Under the pieces are notes generated by a model. That model worked only from the letters and a program-made list of their open reading frames with translations. It had not been told where the DNA came from and made no database searches. A stretch of 63,919 bases of DNA, counting the filler. It is 5 parts of 5 records of this genome, joined end to end, with 100 filler letters (N's around TTAATTAATTAA, not from the genome) between each part and the next. Parts side by side here need not be neighbours in the genome. Positions count along the whole stretch, not along the records: positions 34,404 to 54,576 come from SRR31156797_8315; positions 54,677 to 63,919 come from SRR31156797_8325; 3 more parts are not named here. One strand, given 5' to 3'. Each line of letters begins with the position of its first letter. Positions within the stretch are counted from its first letter, which is position 1. This document shows positions 45,475 through 56,668 of the stretch, one piece after another. A program made the position numbers and the translations under genes.

Positions 45475-48474
45475 GTGAGAATAGCTCAACACAATTTTTA
45501 TGGCTTTGGCACAATAAGCAGAAATTTGGCGATGCTTGTTCTCGTCGCTATTCTACCGGCAACAATAATACTCATCTTTTCTGGAATTGAGCAGAGAAGC
45601 CGTTCCATAGAAGCGGCAAAACAAGAAATTTCCATGCTGAGCCAGACTATGGCAGAATTGCATATGGAAACGTCGAGTTCTGCTAAACAGATGTTGCTTA
45701 CTCTTGCACAGTTACCAGCAGTTCAAACATTAAACAAAGATGTTTGTACTGTAGTGTTCCAAAATGTCCTCGCCCATCATCCAGATTTGTTAAATATTAC
45801 ACTTACCGATCCTAATGGTGAGATAATCGCTGCCAGCAACCCAATTCCTTCCGGTACCAATCTTAAGGAACGAAAGCATGTTCGTGAGGCAGTGGAGAAG
45901 AAGACTTTTGTCTCCGGTGAATTTATCATAAGTAAATTTGTTCCGGCTCTCCCTGCATTTCCTTTTGCTTTCCCGATATTAGATAAGGATAACGGTGTTG
46001 TAGCTATTTTGACAACAGCCATTAAGCTGGGCTATTTTTCTCGTTTTCACGATATCTCAAATTTACCACCAGGATCTTTTGTAGCTGCAACTGATCACAA
46101 GGGGATCAGGTTATTTTATTATCCGGAAAAGGATAAAACCAACCCCATAGGTAAACCGATTAACCCTTTGTCCTGGGACCATGTACAAAAAGTCGGTACC
46201 AGTGGTGCTTTTACAGGGATGGGGTCCGACGGAGTGCGAAGAATTTTTGCTTTTCAGCAGGTTCGTTTTGATCAAGATGGTGAACCTAGCATGTATGCAT
46301 GGGCAGCTATTCCGGAGGATGCTGTTCTAGCTCCTGCCAATGCTGCATTATTAAGAAATCTTGTCCTGCTCTTTGTGACCACTGTTTTGTCAGTTATCAT
46401 TGCTGGGGTTATAGGTAAAAGCACCTTGATTCTTCCAATTAGTAATTTGGTTGCAATTACTAAACAATTAGCAGCAGGGACCTTGGATTTAAAAAAAAAA
46501 TCACCAGTGCGACCCGATGAGTTGGGCACTTTAACCACAGCTTTTTATGAAATGGCAAAGACCCTTGAGGGGAGCCAGCAGAAGTTAATTGATAATGAAG
46601 CAAGAGTTCGCCTATTACTCGATGGATTGGAAACACTTGTCTACGTCACAAGTATGGATACCCATGAGATCCTTTTTATAAATGAATATGGGAAAAAACT
46701 TATGGGCGACATAACTGGAGAAGTATGCTGGAAAAGTCTCCAAAAAGGGCAAAATGGTCCCTGCGGAACCTGCACGAATAAATACCTGCTGACCCAAAAA
46801 GGAACCCCAGGCAAAGTATATTCCTGGGAATATCAAAACACATTGCTTAATAAGTATTTTTACGTATATGACAGGGCCATCTACTGGGTAGATGGGCGCG
46901 TTGTTCGGCTTCAAGTTGCTATTGATATAACCGAAAAGAAGCTGGTGGAGACCAGGCTGGCAGAGGAAAAGGAACGCTTGGCAGTAACAATGCAGAGTAT
47001 TGGCGATGGAGTTATCACCACTGATTCCGTCGGTAATATCGTTTTGGTTAATAAGGTTGCAGAAAATATTAGCGGTTGGAAAAGCGAAGAAGTTGTTGGA
47101 ATGCCTTTGGAAAAAGTGTTTGAAGTCATGGACAGTCAAACTGGAAGAAGGGGGACGCTCCCTTTTGAAAAAATTATTAGCGATGGCTGGAAAGTCGGCT
47201 TGTATACCCATACAACCTTAATTGCAAAAAATGGAGTAGCAAAAAGTATTACGTACAGCGGCAGCCCTATTCGTGACACTCTGTCAGCAATCATCGGTGT
47301 TGTTTTTGTTTTTCGTGACATTACAGAGCAATTAAAGACAGAACAAGAACTCCTGAAAATTAAAAAACTGGAATCTGTAGGCCTGCTTGCCGGAGGGATT
47401 GCCCACGATTTTAACAATATTCTTACAGCCATTCTCGGTAATATTAATCTGGTTTCGTTGGACAATGGTCTTAGTGATCAGGCAAAAAAACTCCTCCTCG
47501 AGGCTGAAAAAGCATCATCCCGGGCCCAGGCACTGACCCAGCAATTATTAACTTTTGCCAAGGGCGGTGAACCCGTTAAAGAGCTTTCCTCACTGGTAAA
47601 AGTAATAAAGGATTCTGCAGAATTTATCCTTCATGGGGGTAACGTGGCTTTCCGTTATAATATCTCGCCTGATTTGTGGCTTACAGATATTGACACTGGA
47701 CAAATTAGTCAGGTTATTCAGAATATAGTGATCAATGCCAGTCATGCCATGCCTGAGGGCGGGGTTGTTTACATTTCCGGGGAAAATGCTCCGATTTTAG
47801 ACCAGGGGATGTTCCCCGGGGCCAATGGTAAATACGTCAAAATATCCATCAATGATTCTGGTATTGGCATGGATGCAGAGGCGATAGAAAAAATATTTGA
47901 TCCCTATTTTTCAACTAAGAGAGAAGGTAGCGGACTTGGGCTTGCCATTGCCCAGTCCGTTATCAGCAAACATAAGGGGTACATAACTGTCGAGTCCCAG
48001 CCTGATAAAGGCAGTACATTTACCATTTACCTCCCGGCTTCTACTGCTACCGAATTGCCGGTCAAGGCAGTACATCATCAAACAGCACCTTCAAGGCCTT
48101 TGCAAATTCTCATCATGGATGATGACTCCATGGTACGTAACCTTGCCAAAAGCATGTTAGACCATCTTGGACATGGGACGACTCTCTCTAGAGATGGTGA
48201 GGAAGCCATTGCCATTTTCCAGGAAGCGATCAATAACCATACCCCTTTTGATTTAGTCATATTGGATTTGACGATTCCTGGAGGAGTCGGTGGCAGGGAA
48301 ACCGTACAGCGTCTTCTTGAAATTGATCCCCAGGCCAAAGTTGTTGTCTCCAGCGGTTACTCAACAGATCCAGTTATGGCAAGCTTTCGTGAATATGGAT
48401 TTTGTGCTGCTTTGGTAAAGCCCTTTAAGCTTGAATCTCTTTCAAAGGTTATCAAGAAGGTAACAGGCTTTTAA
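45475..48474 (+). CDS. Hybrid sensor histidine kinase (Cache-HAMP-PAS-PAS-HisKA-HATPase-REC)
   Basis: Two TM helices, DELGTL (HAMP), LAGGIAHDFNNIL, DSGIGM and GSGLGL. Receiver motifs ILIMDDD, ILDLTIP and KPF. Confidence 0.93.
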   Translation: MRIAQHNFYGFGTISRNLAMLVLVAILPATIILIFSGIEQRSRSIEAAKQEISMLSQTMAELHMETSSSAKQMLLTLAQLPAVQTLNKDVCTVVFQNVLAHHPDLLNITLTDPNGEIIAASNPIPSGTNLKERKHVREAVEKKTFVSGEFIISKFVPALPAFPFAFPILDKDNGVVAILTTAIKLGYFSRFHDISNLPPGSFVAATDHKGIRLFYYPEKDKTNPIGKPINPLSWDHVQKVGTSGAFTGMGSDGVRRIFAFQQVRFDQDGEPSMYAWAAIPEDAVLAPANAALLRNLVLLFVTTVLSVIIAGVIGKSTLILPISNLVAITKQLAAGTLDLKKKSPVRPDELGTLTTAFYEMAKTLEGSQQKLIDNEARVRLLLDGLETLVYVTSMDTHEILFINEYGKKLMGDITGEVCWKSLQKGQNGPCGTCTNKYLLTQKGTPGKVYSWEYQNTLLNKYFYVYDRAIYWVDGRVVRLQVAIDITEKKLVETRLAEEKERLAVTMQSIGDGVITTDSVGNIVLVNKVAENISGWKSEEVVGMPLEKVFEVMDSQTGRRGTLPFEKIISDGWKVGLYTHTTLIAKNGVAKSITYSGSPIRDTLSAIIGVVFVFRDITEQLKTEQELLKIKKLESVGLLAGGIAHDFNNILTAILGNINLVSLDNGLSDQAKKLLLEAEKASSRAQALTQQLLTFAKGGEPVKELSSLVKVIKDSAEFILHGGNVAFRYNISPDLWLTDIDTGQISQVIQNIVINASHAMPEGGVVYISGENAPILDQGMFPGANGKYVKISINDSGIGMDAEAIEKIFDPYFSTKREGSGLGLAIAQSVISKHKGYITVESQPDKGSTFTIYLPASTATELPVKAVHHQTAPSRPLQILIMDDDSMVRNLAKSMLDHLGHGTTLSRDGEEAIAIFQEAINNHTPFDLVILDLTIPGGVGGRETVQRLLEIDPQAKVVVSSGYSTDPVMASFREYGFCAALVKPFKLESLSKVIKKVTGF

Positions 48475-48937
48475 GCAGTATTTCATTGTGCTCGATCTCA
48501 TGCCGTCTTTGACGTTTTTTTACAAAAAAAATGGTGTGTTCCGTTCACTCCACTACCTGTAGGAGTGTTGTATAGGCAGCTTGACAGCTTTTTTTTGATA
48601 CCTTTTGAGCCTCCTTCGCAAAAATTGCTGCAATGTTTCCAGAACAGAGTGAAAAAGGCATAAATTTTTGCCTTGAACAATTGAAATTTCTTCCACCCCA
48701 CATTCCTTGCCGCAAACATGACAGGGAACCACGAGTTTTAATGAATTTGGTTTTATTACTGCATAATTGTGTGCCTGGAACAAGGAACCAACACTCGTCG
48801 AGGAGTTGCAGCCCTGATAATTTTGTGCTTTCAAATTGTTTGCCTGTAATTTTTTTTTCATTTTCTCAATTACCTGCACGCCCAGACAAAACAAGGCGTG
48901 CTGTCGAACAGTATAGAAAATATCCTAATTGATTGCT

Positions 48938-49399
48938 TCAAGCTGCAGGTTGAAATAGAACCCCCCACATATCAGTCGGTATCATGTATGACTTTTCAAA
49001 AAACGCATTGTGGTTGCCTAATAGTTGTCTCATTTTCTCAAACTGTCCCTGCATTTCGGTAAACAGTTTTTCAAGGTTAACCCCCTTTTGTTCGGCCATA
49101 TCCCGTAAAGTATCTGGGGTGTTTTCCGCGGTGGACACTGGGTCGAATTTCCTGCTTCGTAAGTCTTGGTAGATTGAAGTGCCAAAATTCATCAGTTCCT
49201 GCCTTTCCGTCTCAGTAAGTTTATTGATGAATTGTCCTATCAACCACCCAAGTTGACTGAGTTGCAATCGTTCTTGAAGAATTTGTTCAGGTTGTTGTTG
49301 CATAGCTCTGAACTCCCTTAATTTGTTCATATTTATGCTTTGTATATTCTCAATACTTGGGAAACGCTGTAGTCCGTTATTGATAGATTCAATAACCAT
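48938..49399 (-). CDS. Hypothetical helical protein
   Basis: 153-aa ORF with AAGGTG RBS. No recognisable motif. Confidence 0.5.
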   Translation of the reverse strand: MVIESINNGLQRFPSIENIQSINMNKLREFRAMQQQPEQILQERLQLSQLGWLIGQFINKLTETERQELMNFGTSIYQDLRSRKFDPVSTAENTPDTLRDMAEQKGVNLEKLFTEMQGQFEKMRQLLGNHNAFFEKSYMIPTDMWGVLFQPAA

Positions 49400-49444
49400 A
49401 AAACACCTTCTGAGTATAAAGTTGAGGAAACATTTGGACTTGGC

Positions 49445-49630
49445 TTATAAGCCGTGGACTTGCATCGTCCCAAACATTTCATTTATCCCAAATACTTGTC
49501 CCCCGGAACCATTGATAAATAGGAACAGAAAGATAATTAAAAGAGAAGTACCCAGAACAAGAGTGTCCGCTCCCGCATATTTCATATCTTTTTTGCTCTC
49601 ATGCGTATTCTTGTTATTTTTACTTTGCAT
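49445..49630 (-). CDS. Small single-TM hypothetical protein
   Basis: AGGA upstream and one hydrophobic segment. Same strand as its neighbours. Confidence 0.35.
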   Translation of the reverse strand: MQSKNNKNTHESKKDMKYAGADTLVLGTSLLIIFLFLFINGSGGQVFGINEMFGTMQVHGL

Positions 49631-49767
49631 TAGTATGTCCTGTTAATGTTTGCATTGGCCATGTGGGGTATGCCTATAAAAAACGAAACCGCACAATCAG
49701 TCTTGATGCAGGAAGAAGGGGAGAGCGCAAGGGAACCTGTGTCATGACAGTTCGTGGATCTTATGAT

Positions 49768-50244
49768 CTATTGCTTTGTATTTGCTGTTAAATCATGTGT
49801 TTCTTTAAGTACACCTTGTGTCAAGTCTTGCGGCATAGGAGACGTAGCTGCCATGTGGGCTGAAATTACTTTGTTTACTTGCTGTATCATCATTATCTGT
49901 TGAACCACAATATCCTCCATTGCATTCGCAACGGGGACGAAAGTTTGACGAATTGTGGTTTCATCCGTCTCTACTTTCAAGTTTCGATGGAAAACTTCCT
50001 TCACTCTTACAAGTCGTTTCTTAGAGGCTAAGAGTTGTTGGTTGAAATCATTTCGGATGTTATTTATTTGAGCAATCTCTTCTTTGCTTAGTTCACTCTC
50101 AACTGTATTATTTCTGAGGTTTGGTAGAAAATTATCGTCAGGCCTGATACTTGTGGCCAGAGCCTGCCCATCGATACAGAACATGCTTGTCAAACCAATA
50201 CAGTGAAATATCGCTGAAGTTCGTATTCCTTTTAATGTCAACAT
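49768..50244 (-). CDS. Secreted Spy/CpxP-like helical protein
   Basis: GGAGG RBS, signal peptide, and an LSKEE..QI..IR helical-hairpin pattern. Confidence 0.55.
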   Translation of the reverse strand: MLTLKGIRTSAIFHCIGLTSMFCIDGQALATSIRPDDNFLPNLRNNTVESELSKEEIAQINNIRNDFNQQLLASKKRLVRVKEVFHRNLKVETDETTIRQTFVPVANAMEDIVVQQIMMIQQVNKVISAHMAATSPMPQDLTQGVLKETHDLTANTKQ

Positions 50245-50706
50245 GAAGGACCTCCATCTATTTATGCAGAAGTTTCATCACTTTCTTGTTTCCAATAATG
50301 CAATGAGACTTTTTGGCCTCGTACCAGTGACTAACACCCTTTCAATACAGCAGTATTATTCCTGGAGGTGTTGAAAGATATAAGTGCCAGTCGTTTCCTT
50401 GATTCTTCAAGAAAAGATATCCTGCAAATAGGCAAATAATATGGACCAAATAAGGAAAAAGCAAAGATTGGTTAGCCCTAATGGGGTAGGGAAAGTTACG
50501 TCGTAACTTAAAGTATTGTTGCTATCTGTTTGAGATACTGTGTCTGTGTTGTGGTTGTGTGTTCTTGTTACCCTGAAAACCAGGAAAATTATGATACTGT
50601 TGTCGCTAGAGTGGGGTAGCCCAAAGAATATTCTTGTATCGATTTATTGACAGGCAGTGAAGAGGAGTTTAAATGAGGGCCCAAATTAAACACTGTAGGA
50701 TTTTTT

Positions 50707-51963
50707 ATGCAAAAAAATATTGGTTGGATCGTCCTGGCTACGCTCATTTTCTATCTTTTGAGTGTAGTTGTTCCCTATTTACTACCTCTCCCTGTCCTGT
50801 TTGCGTGGCTGGTACCGATCCTGACCTGGCACTCTCTTGCTAAAAATGCACGTCACCAGGCATCATTACTTTTCCTTATAGGAATAATTGCACTTTTATT
50901 CTCAGGCAGCCACGGTGTATTTCTTGGATGGAAAGCAATTTTTGCAATTAACCTTCCTCTGCTGGCAATGTTTGTTGCTGTTTCATTTCTTACATTAACA
51001 AATCCTGCGACTGAGGATCCTTGTCTGCCAGAAGGGAAGGGTGCTGTTGCATCAACAGCAGTCGGTACGCATCTGCTTGGTGCAGTAATTAATTTATCTG
51101 TACTTTTTGTATTTGGGGATCGTTTGAAAAAAAACGGGGGATTAAGCAGGGAACAGTTGGTTGTTTTAGGGCGCTCTTTTACTGCAGCTGCATGGTGGTC
51201 ACCTTTTTTTGTCGCAACCGGGGTTGCACTCACTTATGCACCGGATATGCGCTGGAAAGAGACCTTAGTGCCTGGCGGGATAATGAGTATTATTGGTGTA
51301 TGTTATACTATTGTTGAAGTGTGTTTTTTCAGTAAAAAGAAGTTCTCTGGTTATCCGTTAAAAAAAGAAAGTCTAGCTGTTCCGCTTTTTCTTGCTGCCA
51401 TCGTAATTCTTGTCCATTATCAATGGCACCAAATCAGTGTTCTGCTTCTTATCTGCGTCCTTGCTCCTTTAGGTACATTAGTCTTTATGAAAGGCAGGCC
51501 GCGAATATTCACATTGCGCGATTTTGTTACCAAAAAAATAGCATCTGTAAGCAGTCCCTTTGCTTTGTTTCTTGCTGCTGGAGTTTTTTCTTCAGGTATT
51601 AAATCTATTACCCAGGTGTACCCCGGACTCTTTAATTTTAATAATATGGAATTGAGCCCTATGGTCTTTGCAATACTTGCGGGAATCATGGTCCTGGTAG
51701 GAATAATAGGTGTTCATCCTGTTGTAAGTATAGCAGTGGTCAGCCCATTATTGCTCCCGCTTAACCCTGATCATTCCCAGCTTGGCTTTCTATTTCTAAC
51801 CAGTTGGGCAGTTTCTACCTGCAGCAGCCCTCTTTCAGGGGTGGGGTTGGTTATGGTGAGTCGATTTTGCGCTCTGCCGAGGGTGATAATAAAAGATAAC
51901 TTTCTTTATGCGATCGTGATGTGGGCAATTGCGTCACAAATGAATGTTCTTTTTTTTGGATGA
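50707..51963 (+). CDS. Polytopic membrane protein, putative transporter
   Basis: About 11-12 hydrophobic helices. Segments HLLGAVINLS, AWWSPFF and GVHPV. Confidence 0.75.
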   Translation: MQKNIGWIVLATLIFYLLSVVVPYLLPLPVLFAWLVPILTWHSLAKNARHQASLLFLIGIIALLFSGSHGVFLGWKAIFAINLPLLAMFVAVSFLTLTNPATEDPCLPEGKGAVASTAVGTHLLGAVINLSVLFVFGDRLKKNGGLSREQLVVLGRSFTAAAWWSPFFVATGVALTYAPDMRWKETLVPGGIMSIIGVCYTIVEVCFFSKKKFSGYPLKKESLAVPLFLAAIVILVHYQWHQISVLLLICVLAPLGTLVFMKGRPRIFTLRDFVTKKIASVSSPFALFLAAGVFSSGIKSITQVYPGLFNFNNMELSPMVFAILAGIMVLVGIIGVHPVVSIAVVSPLLLPLNPDHSQLGFLFLTSWAVSTCSSPLSGVGLVMVSRFCALPRVIIKDNFLYAIVMWAIASQMNVLFFG

Positions 51964-52183
51964 CGGACAAAAATATCATCTGAATGTCTGGTTATTATAA
52001 TCTTAAGAAACTTTAGGTCAGCAACAAGGACTCAACAAAAAAGCCTAATATTCTGTATTTATCATGTCCTGTTCCCCGTCATTAAGCTCTGGGGATACTC
52101 TTGCTAAAAATCGAAGCCTGTTTATATCCCCCCAATCAGGGATGTGCTCTTTTGGTACAGAAGATTGTAGTGGCACATGTGAA

Positions 52184-52400
52184 TTGGCCAGAATGCGGGA
52201 TTAGGTGCGCAAACTAGAGAAAGCTCTTCGTCGTTTTCGTGAATATAGATGAGGATACGGTTAGATAGGTTCGCAATGTAATGTCGATGATGACTTGGTA
52301 GGGGTGCCGAAAATTGCTATTCAACAATATGGGGTCGAGGCCATTGAAATTAAGTTTGGTCTAGCTGCTAAAGGTACACAGCCGGTTAAACGGGTTGGAC
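52184..52400 (+). pseudogene. Degraded fragment of an FMN-binding glutamate synthase family gene
   Basis: Frame reads RRFREYR*GYG*IGSQCNVDDDLVGVP..AI..YGVEAIEIKFGLAAKGTQPV, with stops at 52250 and 52262. Confidence 0.6.
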
Positions 52401-52813
52401 TGCTGGGGGACGACTTTTTCAATGTGCCCGTAAGGGTAACTGCATCATTGCATAGGCATACACTCTACTCACCAACAAGAGGAGTGTATGTTTTCTAGTT
52501 CCTTCTCTCTCTTTTTTTAATTTCTATTTCTTCACAAAAGAAAGGACATTTAATAAAACCTGTTTTGTCATTTTTTGCGGGAGGTCCCCAGCGGAAGGCT
52601 TGGGGATGAAAGAGAGTTTAACTTAGAAATTCTCTTTGGGATATTCACTGTGGCTGTAAGGAAGAAATTTTATTCGACAAATTAGATGGATAGACATAAT
52701 GTACTCGGTAACAGGGGGCGCTTTAACACGCTCTTTATTTTTGTTTATCAGTGAAAGTCAGTCTTGGTACGTAACCATCTACGTTCTCTCATTTCTTTAA
52801 AAAGGAGGAAAAC

Positions 52814-54394
52814 ATGGGTTTGTCGAGGAAAGCCATTGTTGGAATGTTTTTTACAGGAGGGATTCTTCTTGTTGGCACAAGTGTGTTTGCAGCAGGAAAA
52901 CCTAATGTTTTGGTGATTTGGGGAGATGATATTGGGCAAACGAATATCAGTGCATACACAAGGGGGCTTGTTGGCTATCAGACCCCCAATATAGACCGTA
53001 TCGGTGATGAGGGGATGCTGTTTACCGATTATTATGCTGAACAGAGCTGCACAGCCGGAAGGGCGTCTTTTATTATGGGACAGTCCGTTTTCCGGACGGG
53101 ATTATCCAAAGTCGGCCTTCCCGGTGCTAAGGAAGGAATGCAAGAAGAAGATCCCACCATTGCAACGGTACTAAAAGCACAAGGTTATGCCACCGGTCAG
53201 TTTGGTAAGAATCACTTAGGTGATCGGGATGAACATTTACCGACCAACCACGGTTTTGATGAATTCTTTGGTAATCTCTACCATTTAAATGCAGAAGAAG
53301 AACCAGAGAATGCAGATTATCCTGGTGACATGATTGTTGAAGGCGGAAAAACATTTAGGGAAAAGTTTGGGCCGCGAGGGGTTATTCACTCCTGGGCTAA
53401 TCCGGATGGAACACAAAGAATTGAAGATACCGGTCCTTTGACAAAAAAGAGAATGGAAACTGTTGACGACGAGACCTCTGATAGGGCACTTGCCTTCATG
53501 GAAGAGACGGTTAAGGCGGGCAAGCCATTTTTTATTTGGTGGAACGGAACCAGAATGCATTTCCGTACCCATGTGAAAGAATCACATCGTGGAATATCTG
53601 GACAGGATGAATATGCAGACGGCATGGTCGAGCATGATATGCATATTGGTAAATTCCTGGAAAAACTTGATGAACTTGGGATTGCCGACAATACGATAGT
53701 TTTTTATTCCACCGACAACGGGCCGCATATGAATACCTGGCCGGATGCAGCTATGACGCCGTTTCGTGGGGAAAAAAATACTAATTGGGAAGGCGGTTGG
53801 CGTGTGCCTGCTCTGGTTCGATGGCCCGGCCATATAGAGCCAGGATCAGTGAGCAATGAGATCGTTCATCATATGGACTGGTTGCCCACTTTTGCTGATG
53901 CCGCAGGTGTCAAAGACATTAAGCAGCAACTCATGAATGGCACAAAAATCGGCGCTCGAGATTACAAGGTACACCTTGATGGCTATGATATTTTACCACT
54001 GTTGACAGGTCAGGAAAAGAAAAGTCCGCGGAATGAAATTTTTTATTTCTCTGATGACGGAGACCTGACGGCACTCAGGTATGATGATTGGAAGCTTATC
54101 TTTATGGAACAACGTGTTGAAGCCACCTTTCAAGCGTGGCAAGAGCCATTTGTTCCCCTGCGGGTACCGCTTATCTTCAACTTACGAAGGGATCCTTATG
54201 AACGGGCCCAAGTAACATCCAATACTTACTACGATTGGTTGTTGGATCGAGCCTATTTGTTGGTTCCTGCTCAGACCTATGTCGGGAGTTTTCTCAAAAC
54301 GTTTAAGGAGTTTCCACCGCGTCAGAAAGCGGCCAGTTTCAGCTTGGACAAGGTTATGACCACACTCTTGTCTGGTGCGGGTGCCAGTAACTGA
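52814..54394 (+). CDS. Arylsulfatase (formylglycine-dependent, Cys-type), secreted
   Basis: Motifs PNVLVIWGDD, SCTAGRA (CxxxR), GKNHLG, GFDEFFG and STDNG. AGGAGG RBS and signal peptide. Confidence 0.93.
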   Translation: MGLSRKAIVGMFFTGGILLVGTSVFAAGKPNVLVIWGDDIGQTNISAYTRGLVGYQTPNIDRIGDEGMLFTDYYAEQSCTAGRASFIMGQSVFRTGLSKVGLPGAKEGMQEEDPTIATVLKAQGYATGQFGKNHLGDRDEHLPTNHGFDEFFGNLYHLNAEEEPENADYPGDMIVEGGKTFREKFGPRGVIHSWANPDGTQRIEDTGPLTKKRMETVDDETSDRALAFMEETVKAGKPFFIWWNGTRMHFRTHVKESHRGISGQDEYADGMVEHDMHIGKFLEKLDELGIADNTIVFYSTDNGPHMNTWPDAAMTPFRGEKNTNWEGGWRVPALVRWPGHIEPGSVSNEIVHHMDWLPTFADAAGVKDIKQQLMNGTKIGARDYKVHLDGYDILPLLTGQEKKSPRNEIFYFSDDGDLTALRYDDWKLIFMEQRVEATFQAWQEPFVPLRVPLIFNLRRDPYERAQVTSNTYYDWLLDRAYLLVPAQTYVGSFLKTFKEFPPRQKAASFSLDKVMTTLLSGAGASN

Positions 54395-54576
54395 CGTTTT
54401 ACACCTTAGCTATACATTTTTAGGTTTTAGCCCGCCTTTTTTATCAGTTCAGACTGTATCAGGTTCAAAGTTATTGGTTATGAATAGGAAAACATAGACT
54501 CCGATAGTGGTCTATATTCATTACCAAAATCCTGAAGAAAAGGATGCGGATGGACTGACCTTTGGTGAACATTGTG

Positions 54577-54676
54577 NNNNNNNNNNNNNNNNNNNNNNNN
54601 NNNNNNNNNNNNNNNNNNNNTTAATTAATTAANNNNNNNNNNNNNNNNNNNNNNNNNNNNNNNNNNNNNNNNNNNN
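54577..54676. other. Artificial contig linker
   Basis: N-run / TTAATTAATTAA / N-run. Confidence 0.98.
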
Positions 54677-56668
54677 ATTTCCCACAATTGATTCACCTGA
54701 TGCGATATTGTTCATCATTAAATCCAGTTCATTGAACCTGAATTTACCGGCATTCATATTTGAAGTTTTGGTATTAAAATATTGATATGAGTAACCTAAG
54801 AGCCCGGTAAACACCACCTGTTCGAAAGTTTTATTGTAATTTATAAAGTTTTCCCATAATCCGTTGTCCATACTGATAGTTGATAAGCCGGCAAGTCCAT
54901 TTTCCCAAATTCCGTTGGCGTACAATAACGGAGAATATGCATAGGTTCTGTCAGATTTCGACAAATCGTAACCATAAATGGTTTTAAAAGAAAGACTTTT
55001 GGTAATCTGGTATTCTGCCGACAAACTGAGTAAAGCCCGAAGTGTACTGGTGTTATCTGCGTTGTATTCCAACATGGCCACCGGATTAAGGCGGTCGTAC
55101 GAAGGCTGGTTCAAGGAACCGTCCTCCAAATAAACAGGTTCGGTCGGATTCATATAAAGTGCAGAAGCAATAAGGTCTCCATAGTGGTTTGGTGTATTTC
55201 CGATTGGCACCCCCTGGTCTTTTACATTTGAAACAGTAAGTTGAGTAGAAAACTTAAGCTTATCGTTAAAATAATTGCGGTTACCATTAATACGCGCAGT
55301 GTATCGTTCTAGTGTACTTTCTTTGATAATTCCATTTTGTTTTAAATAACTTAACGAAGCCCGGTAATTTCCTTTTGAAGAAGAAGCACTGTATGAAAGA
55401 TTATGTGTTTGAGAAACACCTGTCCTGTATATCTGATCCTGCCAATCCGTTTCGGAACCTGCATCAAGAGAAGCTGAATTACCTCCTAAATCATCGATTG
55501 CGTTTAAATATTCATCCGGTTTTAAAACATCATATTTTTTTGATACCGTACTTACTCCTACAGATGTAGAATATTCGATTCCACCATCCATTCCTTTACC
55601 ACTTTTTGTAGTTATTATTACCACACCATTTGCTCCTCTTGAACCGTATATTGCAGTTGCAGAAGCATCCTTTAGAATACTGATATCTTTTATATCGTCG
55701 GGATTTAAGAAGTTTAACGGGTTACGCGCTGTACTTCCCCCAAAACTACTGTCTCCATCAGGAGAAACGTTATCGCCGCTTAATGCGACTCCATCTACTA
55801 CATATAATGGATTGTTTCCGCTTCGTACTGATGAAGTACCACGTATATTAATGTTTATGGCAGCGCCAGGCTCACCACTGGAAGAAGTAATTTGAACCCC
55901 GGCGGAACGTCCTTGTATCAGTTGTTCCGGTGAGGCAACAAATCCTTTATTAAAATCATCGGCTCGAACCGAAGAAACAGCTCCTGTTGCATCCTTTACG
56001 GTTGTGGTTCCATAACCAATGGCCACTACTTCTTGCAGGCCAATGGCATCGGCTTCCATTGTAATATTAATTGTGGTTTGGTCGCCAACCTCAACCTCCT
56101 GTGTACGCAAACCTACAAACGAGAACTGAAGAAATGCTCCCTCCGGCACTTCGGAGATTGTATACTTACCATCGATACCGGTTACTGTACCCAGAGTAGT
56201 TCCTTTTACAATAATTGTAACACCGGGCAGCGGTTCACCCTGGGTATCAACAATTATACCTGAAACCGATTTTTGCTGTTGAACTGTTTCAATGTTTTTA
56301 GTTACGGGAGATAGAACAATTTGCCGGTCCATTACCGAATAGCTTACCTCCTGTTCTGTGAATAACTGATCAAGGATTTCAGTTATCTGAGTATTTTCAA
56401 CATCAATATTTACTTTCCTGTTAACATCAACTAACTTGTTGTTATATAAAAAATAGAATTCGCTGTTTTCCTCAATTTCCAATAATATCTCCTGTATGGA
56501 AGTATTGTTAAAATTCAATGATAGTTTAGTTACCTGGGAATAGGAATTTGAGGCCAAAACCCCGAGTGTGGAGAAACAAATAATAAAAACTATTAGTTTC
56601 ATAATTAAAAACGTTTTTGATGAGAATAACAAACACAGGTTACCCCACCGAATTTGATTCTTTTTCAT
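54677..56668 (-). CDS. susC: SusC/RagA TonB-dependent transporter with N-terminal STN signalling extension (3' truncated)
   Basis: STN and CarboxypepD-like domains. Motifs EVVAIGYG, PLYVVDG and ILKDASATAIYGSRGANGVVIITTK. Confidence 0.93.

Noticed and set aside
52585-52638. Riboswitch in the sulfatase leader (two adjacent hairpins)
   Set aside because: There is no recognisable aptamer consensus, so these could be chance or terminator stems.
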